From: Eledone cirrhosa
Taxonomy: Eukaryota
Length of the DNA stretch: 64,000 bases
Reading direction: 5' to 3'
Assembly: GCA_964016885.1 (NCBI GenBank)
Contig: OZ024743.1
Location: 193,688,001-193,752,000 of the forward strand
Both the position numbers and the translations under genes were made by a program. Positions 41,301-55,604 of this stretch are shown in pieces. Each line of letters begins with the position of its first letter. Within the stretch, counting starts at the first letter, position 1. The notes beneath the pieces were generated by a model. That model had not been told where the DNA came from, made no database searches, and saw nothing but the letters and a program-made list of their open reading frames with translations.

Positions 41301-42514
41301 TCCACTAATAAAACAACCAATTTTAAAGGGGTTTCTATTTAAATCAAAACCTTACAACAACTTTCTGTTTGTTAGCCTGAGGTGTATAAACCAAAATACT
41401 CTGACTGGAAAACATGTGCATGTATGCATTGATGTTCTCTCTTTTTCACTCACTGCTTCAGTCTCTTTCACCCCCCCCCCTTCTCATTATAGGCACATGC
41501 CGGCCGCCCCACAGTCCAGAGGACAGAATAGAGAGAGTATTTCCTTCGGAGGATGGTGAGGGAGATGCATTGGAAGAGCCATTCCAACTATGAGGCTCAC
41601 ACCTGTTAGTAGCCAACTGAAAGGGTGTTTGGAACACAAGAAAAAGTGTTCTTACATAAAATTAAGATGAAATGTTTTAAAATAATAAACACTAAATTAT
41701 AGTTATATGTCATAAAACCATGGATGGTTTGAGGTGAGTTGGTATTAAAAGGATAAAGATGATCTACTACATAAAGACAATGCTTAACACTTAAGCATTT
41801 ACATTACTCTATATTTACTATTATATTTTCATGGTAAAGGCTTTACCTCACATAATTATTTCACATAATATCGAATCTATGAGATTTTGATATTATTTAT
41901 TTTGAGAATACCTTAACATCAATACAAGTGGCCAGTTACAGCCGGTTTGAATGGAAAGAGGTGAGAGAATTCTGGCTGGATATGGCCTGTTTAAATGCTA
42001 AAGGGTTAATCACAGTTAGTTCTAGTTTAGAAGATAGGTATAGCAGCAAGAAAATTAAAATAATTGAATGTCTAAAAGTAATCACAGACTTCGATAGTTT
42101 GGATATTCCACATGATTTCTTATATCACATTTTTATAATGAACATTGCATATATATACATTTAAAAAAAACATTCTTGTATACTTAGTCATTATTTTAAA
42201 TCTTTTAAATCACCAAAACAAGGATGACAGCCATTTTTGTTTTCCTTTACAATCTTAGCCAACGTGACGCTGGCTGAAGTTATCTTTATGAGCTACATTA
42301 TGACAGAAACCATAAGACCCGCTAAAAAAAAAATCATGGAATCAAAGAAATTTTTATAGCAATTTGAAAATCTCAAAATAGTTGCAAATTCTGTGAGTGA
42401 AATTTTATAGAACACCTGAAATGATTCTTTGACAATTTTTTTAAAAATCAAGATTATATAAAATACTAAAAGCCTATTTTCTATTGAGTACGTAAAATTG
42501 ATTTCTGTAATTTG

Positions 42515-42546
<32 letters not shown>

Positions 42547-43818
42547 ATATAATAAATAAAATAAAATGAAATAAACAAAAATATAAAATAAAATCACAGA
42601 TTTGCTTTTGCCTATCTCTCTACTCACAATTTTCACCATATCCTGTTTTTAAATTCATTTTATTGAAGATTGAAAGATTCTGTATCATCGAAGTGTTGCT
42701 TTTGAATGAAATGACTGTAGATGTATTTGATAAGATATAGGAACCAACAGAAATGATATTTGAAAGAATCTCAGATGATGGAAAATAAAGGAATTAAGAT
42801 CAGAGAAGGATTTATGGATTCAAGGTTTGATAATTTGGGAAAGATCTACAATATTTTGCTTAAATCCAAGCTTTACAAGCCACAGCAACAGCAACAACAA
42901 CAACTGACTTTTTAAGATTATTTCCCTGCTGAAGCCCTGTGAGTCCCATGATAAGTTTTAAACTCATCGTGGGTTTATTTTTGAGGAAATGTTTTAGAGC
43001 TGGATGACCTTCTTGGCACCAACCCTTTTAATCCCCTCCAATGACACAGATGCCATATGGTGCACTTATTCTAAATTGGATACATTAAGGCAATAAATGT
43101 GTAAGTCTCTATAAAACTGTTAACGGAAACAACATTAAAAAAAATATTAATAAAAAAAAAGGGTGAAGAGGACCCTTCAGCCATGCCATGGTATAGGAAT
43201 CACTCTAGTGTTGGTCATCTAAATAAATTCGCCCAGGACATCCTGTAAAGTGGTTGTTGTTGATAGGATGAACATCCAGCTATAGTATGCTTGCCAAACG
43301 AAGGGTTGGGAGGACACTTCAGTTGTGTCAAATACATGACAACCTCTCCTGTGCACTCGGTAGAAGGTGGAATGTGAGACTGTACATAGGTAAGCAGGAT
43401 AACAGACTCCTAGCCTTACTGAGAGGACAGTAGCCCTGCTTCAGTAGTGACTTGGTCTATGTAGACCTGTCCAACTCATGCAAGCAGAGAAAGTAGACGT
43501 TAAAATGATGTTAATGATGACGATGATGATGATTGAATGTGTATTGAATGATTATATTTTTAAAAACAGAAAGCAACAAACTGAAATTACTCATGTGACA
43601 CCAAATCAAAATAACTATCTTCTGGATACTCAATTTTTGAAATCTTTGTTGTATGACACATTTGAGTTTGCATCCAATTAATTAAAAATAAAATAAAATA
43701 AAATAAACACTGAGAAGTGAAAAATGTGAGAGTTGAAATTAGATAATGGTTGCAAGTATGGTAAGGAGGGCATGAATTAAATTAGACAGATTTATCATAT
43801 CCTCACTTCAGCCAGTAT

Positions 43819-43880
<62 letters not shown>

Positions 43881-44119
43881 CTTATATATGTGTGTGTATG
43901 TATATAAATGTATTTTATAATTCATTGTCACTAATAAATAACATTGTTCCATTGGATGAACACAACTGACATGTGACATAAATTAGTCATGAACTAAAAG
44001 CATACATACTAAATGCATTAGAGCAAAGAGAATAATTAGTTTTCTTTACCTACACACATAGATACAACACCACACACATACAACACCACACACGCACACA
44101 ACACCACACACATACAACA

Positions 44120-44160
<41 letters not shown>

Positions 44161-45084
44161 TCTTGTAGGCAAAACATTATATAGCCAAAAAGAAAAATTA
44201 TATCTATCACCATCTCTTTCTTGTTGGAAGAACTCAGCTAAGTTCAGACATGGAGAGGAATGGGCTCTGCCAGGTTTAAATGTCCATGACAACTAGGGCC
44301 ATGCATCACTATGGTACCCCTATGCCCCGATAAGGAGTTAAGACCTCATGGCAGTAAAAAATAAAGGACTCTTTCAAAAGACTTTTTTTTTAAAAATAAA
44401 TAAAAAGAAATGGTATGATAGCAAACTTTTGCTTGAATAATTGAGTTCTTGAATTTTACTATATATTGATATGATGAAAAAAAAAAAAACACTAATGATA
44501 AAGTATTTGGTAATGAAGCTTTCAGCTATTTCTATCAATGTGCTTTCTTGTTTCCCAGTGACTCTTCTAATACAAGATATTTCAACACATTAAAAAATAA
44601 TAAAATAAAGATATGGCATTTATTTTTGTATTTTTGTATATTTCCCCTTTCAGAGTGGAGATAAAAAAAGAAACCTTTTGAGAAAGATCATAAATAATTC
44701 TTTATATTTAATGATAATATTCGAAACCAATATTCCAGTATTAATTATATACGAGATAAACCTATATTCTTTTCTATGCAGCAAATAATTAAAGAAGGCA
44801 CCAGTATAAGTCATTTGACAAAAATGGAGAAAGCTTCTTTAATTTTCTAAATTGAGACTCTTTCATTGAAAAGTAGATGGACAAAATAAATAAAAAATAT
44901 CTTCATGAAAATATCAATAGAAAAAATATATATTACAAAAGTTCATTACAGAATCAATTTACTTTATTTTATTTGTATTTGCCAACAAATTCAATATTTG
45001 TTATTATAATTGTCAATGTGACAAGTACAACCAGTGTTGAAATCAACTACAGAAAAAATACTTTTTCTTGACTTCTTTAACACT

Positions 45085-45298
45085 TAACCCTTTAGCATTT
45101 AAACCGGTCGTATCTGGCCAGAATTCTTTTACTTCTTTCTGTTTAACCTAGCCATAACAAGCCACTCATACTGATGTTAAGGTATAGTTCTCAAAATAAA
45201 TAACATCAAAATCTCATAGATTCGATATTATGTGAGTAAAGCCTTTACTGCAAAAATATAATAGTATATATAAAGTAATGTAAATGCTAAAGGGTTAA
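45085..45298. mobile_element. TTAA MITE family A, sharing its TTAA with an adjacent family-B MITE
   Basis: ...GCTAAAGGG TTAA CCCTTTTGATAC junction at 45295. Confidence 0.85.
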
Positions 45299-45892
45299 CC
45301 CTTTTGATACTAAACTCCCTGAAACTGTCCTTGGTTCTAGGATACAAATTTGTTTGTTTGAAAGTGTTCATATTCAAATTAAAATCTTCCATTTAATTTT
45401 ATGTAAGAAAAATTTAAGTTCCAAACAGCAGCAAAAATAATGGTTTTTTAAAGGCCAACAATTTTTGGGGAGGGAAAGTCGATTAAATCAACCCCTGTGT
45501 GTGACTGGTACTTTATTTTATCGACCCTGTAAGGATGAAAGGCAAAGCTAACCTTGGCTGGATTTGAACTCAGAATGTAAAGGCTATAACTCTATGCACG
45601 GTGTCTGATATTCAACCGATTCTGCCAATCCATCGCCCTTAAATAGCAGCAAAATAAAGGGAATTATTTTATCTAATCTCTCCAAATTCTTGATTAATTC
45701 AAAATTAATTGAAAATTATAGGCAGTGTCTTTCATTGGAAATATTGTTTCTAATTTTGGCATAAAGCTAGTTAATTTCAGGGAGGGGAATGTTGATTAAA
45801 TTGACCCCAGTACTTGACATGTGCTACATCTTATTGACCCTGGAAGGACGAAAGGCAAAGTTGACATAGGAATATAGCAACAGAAGGGTTAA
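45295..45892. mobile_element. TTAA MITE family B with two nested SINEs. Other copies ~4297-4988, 8822-9072, 29610-30376, 33983-34550
   Basis: TTAACCCTTTTGATAC ... AAGGGTTAA ends and a shared interior (TTGGTTCTAYRATACAAA...AATTTTATGTAAGAA). Confidence 0.7.
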
Positions 45893-48800
45893 TATTTTGT
45901 ACCACATGAGGCTGTATTAACAAGACATTCTTAAATTTGAAATCAGACATTTTATATTTAATAATAAGGGAGTTTACTGATACTTATAATAAGGGAATTT
46001 ACTTCTACAACTTTTTAGCTGCATTTAGAGTGATCTCCAAGTACAAAACAGCAATGACTGCATCACATTAGAAATGAAAGACTTTACTCTCAAATTGCAA
46101 ATGCTTATTCAAAACAATCTGGCCACTAGTAAAGATGCTATAAACAATTGAACTAACAATCCTGTTTTTAGATATTTTCTGCTAAATCATAACAGGATGT
46201 TAAGAGATAATGTTACACTACAATTGATATATATATATATATCTTACAGGACTTGGAGAGGAATGTATTTTGTCACATATATATTCTCTGCCACATATAT
46301 ATTATTCTACAAAACAATAACCAGAGAAATAAAATAAGGCAATAAAGTATTATTTCTACCTCCCCAACAAAAACAGAATATGGAGTAATATAATATTAAT
46401 AACATTCTAGCAATAAAAATATATAACAATCCAGCAACTTAAAATATTGGTTTCTGATTTAGGCACAAGGCCAATCATTTTGGGTGAGGGGAAAATCGAT
46501 TAAATCAACCCGAGTACATTACTGGTACTTTATTTTATCAACCTCGTAAGGATGAAAGGCAAAGCTAACCTTGGTGGGATTTGAACTCAGAAAGTAAAGA
46601 GCCATAACGAAATGTTGCGAAACGTTTTGTCTGACACTCTAACGATTCTGCCAATCCAAATAACAATAATTGTTTCTACTTTTGGCACAAGGCCAGCAAT
46701 TACCCAGTGCATTACTGGTACTTTATTTTATCGACCCCGTAAGGATGAAAAGCAAAGTCAACCTTGGTGGGATTTGGACTCAGATTGTAAAGGGACGTAA
46801 CTATGCTGGAAAGCATGGCATCCGATAACAATAATAATAATATACTAGCAATAGAAAAATAAAACCACAATGCAAAGTATTTACAGAGTAAGATTTGTCT
46901 GTTTTATTCTTAAGAAATCTAATACAGAAAAAGGAAAACAAAACAAAAAGATAATGCTGGCAGAAACCAAATTTTGAAAATATGCAGCAGACAATTTAGG
47001 TAATTTTGCATTGTTTATGAAAAGACTAACATTACTAACCACCAAATAAGAATAAAATTACCAAAGTACTAATAAGTGTATAGAGATTATCTGTTACTAC
47101 TTCAGGTCAATATACTATTTTGATATCAGATAAGTGGTAATAGTTTGAAGGTTATTATGAAATGAAATGATGAAATGGGTGTGATGGAAAGAATTTAGAC
47201 AAGAAAAGATTTTGAATAAAGAACAAAACAAAGAGAAAAAAATGTTCATAGTTCATAAGGAATATCATTTCTACTATTGTTGAGTAATCTGAAGCTGGCA
47301 TTTTATGTAGAGGAGTGAGAACAGATGTTCTTAAGATGGATTCCTGTTGATGTTTCTTTACTGTATGAAGAAGACAAATCAACAGATTTATGTACTCAAA
47401 TAGTCTAGCCATGACAAAAACAACAGTGAAGAGAAGGATTAATTACCACGATCAGAGAAGGAGGGTGCAGCTAAATATTTTAAAATATAGCTGTCTGGTG
47501 TGAGGAAGATACTTGATTGGCAAAGATTATTTTCTTTTTAACTGCAGTATAATGTTTTTATGTTCTAACGTATCTTTATGAACATATTATTTACAAACAG
47601 AAACTTATTATGGTTGATGAAAAAATACCAAATTTATTTCAAGAAAGAAATAAAAGTAAATATAACCCACTTAAAAAATGTTGACTGGGGATGGAAACAT
47701 TTTTTTTTTACTTTATTGATATTATGTAATTGAAGTATAAGAAGAATTTTCGCCAGCTTGCCTAGTTATTATTTAGCCCAGGGCAGCAATGATCTTGCAG
47801 AACAACAAAGGTATTTCAGCTATGGCAGTCCATCTTTTCCTTAACCCTTTAGCATTTAAACTGGCCATATCTGTCTGGAATTCTCTCACCTCTTTTTGCT
47901 CAAACCAGCTGTAATCGGGCACTCATACGGATATTAAGGTATTGTTCTCAAAATAAATAATATCAAAATCTCCTAGATTCAATATTGTGTGAGATAAAGC
48001 CTGTACTGTGAAAATATAACAGTATATATATAATAATGTAAATGCTAACAGGTTAATCAGGTTGTTGTTTAGCCCAGGGTAGCTAGAATCAAACAGATCG
48101 GTAAATGTGTTCCAGCAATGGCCATTTCATCTTTTTCTAAATCTAGTTGTTGTAGTGCAAGGCAGCCCTGATTAAGCAGATCAGCAAAGGCATTCCAGCA
48201 ATAACCATTGCATCGTTTTATAACTCTATAGTTACATAAGCCAATGCGTCTTTTCAGTTCTTTTTAAAGAAGGTAAGGTGTAATTTGATGGAATTTAGCT
48301 ACTATTTTTAGTAGGTCGAGTGAGCCTTGTCTATAGGCTCAGTTTGAGTAGTTTAAACAATAGATAGTGAAGTAATCGCTAACACTATGTAGTAATCAAG
48401 TTTAATTGTCTCTCTTTAGCCCTTAACTCCCAATGGAGTTGTAGGGGTGCCATCCTGACACCAGACCTGTCTTAGGCATTTTAGAGCTGGCGGAGTTCAT
48501 CCCTTTTCAGGTGGGAACAACTGATTTCATAGAGAGAGAGAGAGAGGAAGAACTGATAGGGACTGGATAGGGACTTGAAAATATGAAAGGCAAATAACTA
48601 ACTAATAAAGAGCATAACCACAACAAGGAGAGAAATACATTGTTGAACAAGGCTTAAATCAACCAAAGACAATAAAAAAATTGTTATTAAAATGGTTTTA
48701 CACATCAAAGTTCCAGACAATTGAAATTGTCAGAGTGACAATCCCTAGGCATTTTCTACCTTATCAGAGCTCCTCAGCTAAGTATATTAATTCAGGCGTT

Positions 48801-49744
48801 TGCCAGGTCAATAGAGAGAAAGGAATATGCATATACACAGATCATGTAGATGTCACAACAAAAAAGCACCCAGCCCATACTGTAAAGTGGGTTGTGTAGG
48901 AGTCATGACAAAAAGCACCCAGACTACACTGTAAATGTAGTTGGCAGTAGGATGGACATCTAGCCGTAGAAGCCAAGCCAGAAACAGTTCTGTGCAAGCA
49001 AGAAACAGTCACCTGACCAAACTTAGACAACGTGTCTAACCCATGCCAGCATGGAAAATAGATGTTGATGAAGATGATGATGATGCTTTCACATCTGCTG
49101 TAGTAGAATAGCTTGTTATCTATCTCAGCTGAAACAGTAAATGTTATTTGCTCTTATTTATTGTAAGATATTTTAGTATAGTCGTGTTTTGAATTTAAAA
49201 CACTCTAGATAATGTAAAGTTCCAACCCTCCAGGGTAGACAAGATAGAATAAGTACTAATAACACAAATATCATAAGAGGTATGGTTTAATTGACAATAC
49301 ACCCACCTTTATATTACCATGCCTCATGGCTACTTGCAAGAAATCCTCAAAGAAGAATATACAACATTGATATTTTTACATATTCCAAATGGACATTGAA
49401 TTCAAATATATTTGCAAGTATTTTGTACAGTTTGGTAAAAGGAACATGCTTCAGTTTAGCTTGTTGCAAATAGGTAGATGTTCAGAAAATATCACCTGCA
49501 AGGGGCTAGCATGCTCCCCAGGGGAAGAGAGATTTGTTTAACAGTATGAAGAACTAAGCACTAGTGACCCTTTCTATTTATCCATGGGTTTTAATGGAGT
49601 CGTAAGGGCACTATCTTGGGTATTCATGCTTAGCAGACCCCATTCCTCTCCAGGTTTAAACACAGGTGATTTCTTCCAGGTTGAGCAAGAGACAGAACAT
49701 AAGAAAGAAATGCAGGGAATGGATTGACCTTAGTACTGACAGGT

Positions 49745-50030
49745 GGAGGCATGTGGCCTAGTGGTAAGGGTGTTGGACATATGATCATAATGTTGTAGGT
49801 TCAATTCTTGGGCTGGGTTATGTGTTATGTTCTTGAGCAAAACACTTCATTTCACATTGCTCCAGTATACTCAGCTGAAAATGAGTACCAGCAATAGCTG
49901 GGGGTTTAACCCTGCGATGGACTGGCGTCATGTCCAGGGAGAAGTCTTGTACTCTCAGTTGCTTCACGCCATGAAACTGGGATAAGCACCAGCCTAACGA
50001 GCCTTCTTGGCTTAAGGCAGACTTTAGACT
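49745..50030 (+). mobile_element. tRNA-derived SINE nested in a family-1 SINE
   Basis: GCATGTGGCCTAGTGGTAAG head and GGTTCAATTC B-box, flanked by ACTGACAGGT / ACTGGACAGGT. Confidence 0.7.
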
Positions 50031-50781
50031 GGACAGGTACTTTATTTATTGACCTTGAAAGAGATGAAAGGCAATGATGACCATGCCAGTCAACACAGAG
50101 AGACAGAATGAATATTGGTAAAGCATTTTATCCACTTTCTAACGACTATGGCAATTTTCCATCCTGACTCTTTTTATTCAAACAGCAATATCCATTGAAA
50201 AGTAATTACTTGTGTAACTTAATCACTCATTGACAGATATTGCTGTTTGCTTGAAGAAATGAGAAATGTGATATTCATGCAGTTTCCAATGAAATGGAAA
50301 GGAAATAGCTACAATAGATAATAACGAAGGAGACTCAAGACACATATATTCAAGTGAGGGTGTGGGTTGGTAGAAACATTAGATCGTTGTACAAAATGCA
50401 TTGAAGCATTTAGTTACAGCCTTTTATGTTCTGAGCTCAAATCCCACTGAGGTCAGCTTTGCCTTTTATCCTTTTGACGTTGATAAAATAAAGTAAAATA
50501 AAGTACCAGTAAAGTACTCAGGGTCGATTTAACAGTCTTTCCCCTTCCCCAAATTTGCTGGTCTTGTGCCTATATTAGAAACCATATGTATGTTCAAGAG
50601 GAATGTTAATTGCATTGATATCCCCAGCTGCAGAGAGCCTACGAAAGCCAAGGGCACAGAGCCCATGTCTTCAGACAGATTCAATAAAAACACAGACATA
50701 TACAAATAAATACAATAATATAAACATACATGCAATTACAGATATAGATCCATGCACATTCTAAGAATAAGTATGTTCATG

Positions 50782-51042
50782 CATTCGTGAGCTTTACATC
50801 GAATAATATTTGATTTGTTTGCGAGCAAACAACCTCATTTTTAGACGACCATCGCCATCTTTTTGATCTAGCGGTGACAGAGAGAAACAATTGATAAAGG
50901 GCAATAACCTATAAACAACATTGTCAATTGTTTCTCTCTGTCACTGCGAGAACAAAAGGATGGCGATGGTTATCATAGCGTAATGAGGCTGTTTGCTTGT
51001 AAACGAATCAAATATTATTATTCGATATAAAACTTACGAATG
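50782..51042. mobile_element. Fold-back/MITE-like element with ~115-bp imperfect inverted arms
   Basis: CATTCGT...ACCATCGCCATC...GTGACAGAGAGAAACAATTGA / TCAATTGTTTCTCTCTGTCAC...GATGGCGATGGT...ACGAATG. The spacer contains AAAGGGCAATAAC. Confidence 0.75.
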
Positions 51043-51545
51043 AATTTACGTATCCGCTATGTCAGAGCGAAAAACGAAATTTTAATGTTTTTTCAAGTAT
51101 TTTCAATCTCCTTTCTTTTAATTTGTAGATTTTGTCACATGTTTACCATCAGTTTCTTTTACCTTCCTCTCACCAAAACATTCAACCAATCGGTCTTTAC
51201 CACCCTGCGTTGTTCGTGTTGTTATGGTGGAAATGTATATTAGAATAAATATATATCAGTCAAATGATATATTAAATACCATCCTAATATCATAATCACC
51301 TCTTTTATATATATATTTAATCCCTGACACCGTGGTCTTAATCTCCAATCTCCACTCTCTTCTCTCAAGGACCTATGTTACTATCTAGGCGCACAAATCT
51401 ACGAAGATTAGAGTCACTTTATATTGTCAAGGATCTACCAGCCATAAACGAGATTTTTCAGTACATATAGGAGACTACGAAAAAAATTCAACAGAAACTT
51501 TTAGCTGTTTTATAGTTTTTCACATTTTCTCTCATTTATACTTCT

Positions 51546-51786
51546 TTTGCTTTCTTCTTCTCCTTCGCCCACTTATTCCTGAGAGGGTCGAATGGGTTGA
51601 ATTCTGAAACACTCCTTCCAGCGGGTCCTGCCAGAAGTAACCATCTCCAACTGATCCGGCTGAATCCCGAAGAGAGACCAGCCAAGCTCATGGATAGCTA
51701 ACCAACTTGCCCAGGGTCTCCTGCCGGTTGGTTTTGCCCATAAAATCTGTCCAGCGATTCTTTGCTGAGACATTCTAACCATATGC
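51546..51786 (-). mobile_element. RTE LINE 3' fragment
   Basis: HMVRMSQQRIAGQILWAKPTGRRP in the ORF track; CCCACTTATTCCTGAGAGGGT end. Confidence 0.8.
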
Positions 51787-52115
51787 GTTTGTTTTCCTTT
51801 TTTTTTTCTCATTGTCATTCTAGTTTTTTTTTTTTTGTGTCTTAATTGTAAGGGGTATTAGATAGCTACTCTAGCCTGCCATATCTTTCTAGCTCAATAC
51901 AGACGTTTAAATTGATTAAATAAATCATACAACTATTTCTACTTTGTTAATGTGTTCAGTTCTATACGTCCACCTACCTCTGTAGTTGATTTTATCGATA
52001 CAAATAAACCATTAAAAACAAAAATACATAAACCAAATAAACATTCAATAACATGTAGCTAAACATCGAATTTACTATAATCACAGATCAACTTTAGTCG
52101 ATGAAATAAACTCAC

Positions 52116-52640
52116 ACCCAGTCAAGGGGAAAGGGGAATAAGAAAGAGTGAGAAATAAACAGAGAGATTGTCTTTGTTGATGTCAAGAACAGACATGTTC
52201 TACTACGATCTAACCCCCTTTGACATAGATCTGACCTGAGCTGTTCAAGCTTTCACGGACAACTAACTAGATGCTGGGTTTAGACAAGTCAATAATGAGG
52301 GTCTTGTTTTGATTCTAAACGAGAGAAATCTAATTTGGTTGATGGTCAAAGAAGGGTCACAGAAGAAAACAGAAATAAACAAAAACGAAACGAAAGACGA
52401 AATGATAATAAAGTTACAAATGTGTGTGTGTGTGTGTACACACACACACACACACACACATGTAGTCAACATTGTACAAAACACATTGGTAGTTGGATAT
52501 TCGATAGAGTAGGAAGGGGCTGAGCTACAGCTCTAGCTGCTAGAACATTTGCATTCCTGACATACATACATACATACAGAGTTCAAGGTGCCTTCTCCAT
52601 TCTGTCCGCCGCGTGGGCTCCTATTTGCATTTAATAGTGA
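52116..52640 (-). promoter_or_regulatory. Candidate promoter and first exon of a minus-strand gene
   Basis: Unique, CpG-containing sequence with two octamers (ATTTGCAT at 52547 and 52623), a minus-strand TATTAAA at 52631-52637, and a donor GGT|GTGAGT at 52116. Confidence 0.4.
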
Positions 52641-52778
52641 GAGGTGGGGAGAGCGAGAGAGACGGATGCGGTGAGTGACAGAGAGAGAGAGAGAGCATCA
52701 ACACACACATAAGACAAAGAAAGTTGAGTTCAAGATTAAAGAAACAAGAGCTGCACAATTACAGTCTTAATATACATA

Positions 52779-52895
52779 TATAGGGATTCTTTGTCCTAAA
52801 GTTAAGCTTATACGTAGGTCAAAGAATCCCTATAATATCTTCATTCAACTTTCCTTAAGTATGGAGTACTAGGCTGAATGGCCTACTAGTAACAT
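52779..52895 (+). repeat. 20-bp-arm hairpin after TA, followed by AAGTATGGAGTACT
   Basis: TATAGGGATTCTTTGTCCTA...TAGGTCAAAGAATCCCTATA; motif at 52857. Confidence 0.65.
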
Positions 52896-53020
52896 CACAC
52901 ACACATACAGCTATCTCTCTATATATAGTGAAATGTTTAAGGTGCAAAACACAAACAGAGAGAATAATAACAAAAAGTATTATTAGATTAACGCTTGCAT
53001 GAAATGGAAAAATAAGTGTC

Positions 53021-53054
53021 TTCGACGTATCGAACGTTAGTCCTTCGTCAGGAA
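53021..53054 (-). ncRNA. Degenerate minimal hammerhead, same Penelope-like family (GAAA mutated to GATA)
   Basis: Reverse complement TTC-CTGACGA-AGGACTAACGTTC-GATA-CG-TC-GAA. The downstream CAAGCGTTAAYCTAATA is shared with the 58301 copy. Confidence 0.55.
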
Positions 53055-53972
53055 ATAAACAAGAGTGAAATTAGGATAGTGAAATTAGGATAGAGAAGAA
53101 AGGATAAAGATGAGGGGGTCACCAATCCACGAAGAAAAACTATTTTTGGAAAATACAACAATTTTTTATTAGACTATATATAAAAAAGATCCTTGCTTTA
53201 ACTTCATACACCCATTCAAGAGACAAACGTATTTATAAGTTAGGGGGTGTGTTCCAAGACTAGGTTACATACATTAGCATCATCTCACATGTAGGAATTT
53301 ATGACGCTACTAATTACCACAAATATACTATTACATACAGTGATCGACTATTATTATGAGTTACGTCCCTTTACGGACTGAGTTCAAATCCCGCCGAGGT
53401 TAACTTTGCCTTTCATCCTTACGGGGTCGATAAAATAAAGTACCAGTAATGCACTGGGTAATTGCTGGCCTTGTGCCAAATGTAGAAACAATTATGGTAA
53501 TTTACATTGGGACGTACACATTTCAATTTCCGTTAACTTTTCATAAAGGGCACACATAGAGGGTGAATTTTCTTCGGGATTAAAATAAAAAAAACAAACA
53601 AAACACACTCACTCCCCCTCCAAGCAAAAAAAAAAAAATGATGCCCTATCCTGGTCTACAAAGGTGTGTCTGAAAAATGTATGGGCGGCGAGCCACTCTT
53701 GTGAGATTATATATATATGTGTGTGTGTGTATCCGACAGAGATAAACAATGCCTAGAACAGTTGGTAATAAATTGATTAGGGGTAAGAACAGAATTATTT
53801 TCGGCCTCATGGTGAGAATGGTGCTCTATCTTACTCGTCTTTCAATCCAATGTGGAGGTGACGGGGGTATGAGAGGGTGGTGGGGTAAAGTAGAAATGAT
53901 AAGACATCAATTAACTTGAATGACCCCTTATTCAAAACCCAGGAAAAGGAGTATTTGCCCGTGTTGGCTTAC

Positions 53973-54004
<32 letters not shown>

Positions 54005-54920
54005 GATAAAGGGGGAATTTTCAAGAGTAAACAGGTGCCTACATTTTAAAAGATCAGAAAAAACACACTTATATACAGAAACATTTTTGTGTATGTGTGT
54101 ACAATTGTGAGAAGGGGAAATTTTGAACGGACGTTTGTCAAGGGGATGTAATCAAATCAGATAGAAGTGGACAGCGGGTGGTTATTTATTATATTTTTTT
54201 GTCAAAAAGAAAAAAAAATTAGAAATTGATGGAAATTTCCAGATGACAAAATCAACAATCGCCTCCCTTAAAAAAAAAATCATGTGCTTCCAAGCAGACA
54301 AGCGTTTTGTTTACCATATCCTATTTCAACCAACATGGTAAAAAAAAAGGCTGTCGTGATACCAGCCGTAGGGGATGTAGATTGTAAGTGCATTAGTAAA
54401 TACACTAAAATCAACATTTCTGATTGTCATTAAATATTTTTTTTATATTGTTCTTTCCCCCATAGTTTCGCATTTGATCCTTTTAGGAGGAAATATGGCA
54501 GTCTCTAACTACACATGTATGACCTGTAAATGGATTTAAGTGCATATGCAATCATTCTACAGAATCCTAGGTGAATAATGCTCATTATTTTATTCAAAAT
54601 ATTTTTCATTCTTGTATAATGTATTCTTCACCTTAACTACATTGCAAATGTTATACATTAACATCTTCATCCTTCCTTTACCATCCATATACAATTTATG
54701 CTTCAAATTAACGTTTCCCAGTGAACCTTTTAAAATTCATGAGTAGGGCTCATTGAAGCCAACAATATTAAGAACGAATGCATTTCTTCCTTTTCATCTG
54801 TATTAGTTGTGGCTTTCAACACCGTACACGTTTATACTGCATGGTTTATTACAAAGTCACACGCTGTTGGTGTTGTTTAGCCCCAGGTCACGAAGGCGAT
54901 CATCACCGATTTCAGGGTAG

Positions 54921-55215
54921 AAGTGTATTTATTGAGCCTCAGATTTTGTTGGTTGATTCAATGAAAGTAACACAGAGAACAAGTGTATTTCTTGAGCCAC
55001 AGATTCAATGAAAGTAATACAGAGAATAAGTGTATTACTTGAGCCATAGATTCAATGAAAGTAACACAGGGAACAAGTGTATTCCTTGAGCCATAGATTC
55101 AATGAGAGTAGCACAGGTAACAAGTGTATTCCTTGAGCTACAGACTCAATGAAAGTAATACAGAGAACAAGTGTATTCCTTGAGCCACAGATTCAATGAA
55201 AGTAGCACAGGCAAC
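54921..55215 (+). repeat. 47-bp minisatellite, 5 units plus one diverged
   Basis: AAGTGTATTCCTTGAGCCAYAGATTCAATGAAAGTARYACAGRGAAC starting at 54981, 55028, 55075, 55122 and 55169. Confidence 0.9.
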
Positions 55216-55604
55216 ATATTTGTTATTTGGGGTTACATTATCTAATGTGTCCTTTCCCCTTTAGGATGATTTCAACAAGTTGCATTCAACACATTAATTA
55301 TAACAAACATTGAATTTGTAAACAAATATAAATAAAGTAAATTAATTCTTTAATGAAGTTTAGCAAGATTTTTTCTGTTGATAATTTCCACGAAGCCATT
55401 TTATTTGTCTTAACAATTTATTTTACAATGGAAATTTCAATTAGGAAAATTTGAGGGAAATTTCATTGCTAGATATTCACACATTTTGTAGGAGAATTAC
55501 AGCCGTGATTAATACCTCCATGTGAAGTGAAGGTGCTTCGAGCAATTGTGATCAACCACTTGATGGATGGAGTCGATGTGGTGATGTGCATGGATACGAT
55601 CAGC

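Noticed and set aside
54921-55215. CRISPR-like repeat
   Set aside because: Contiguous 47-bp units with no unique spacers and no cas genes; an ordinary minisatellite.
53560-55470. Cluster of kappaB-like motifs (GGAAATTTCC, GGGGAATTTTC)
   Set aside because: Degenerate AT-rich motifs are expected by chance; no independent support.
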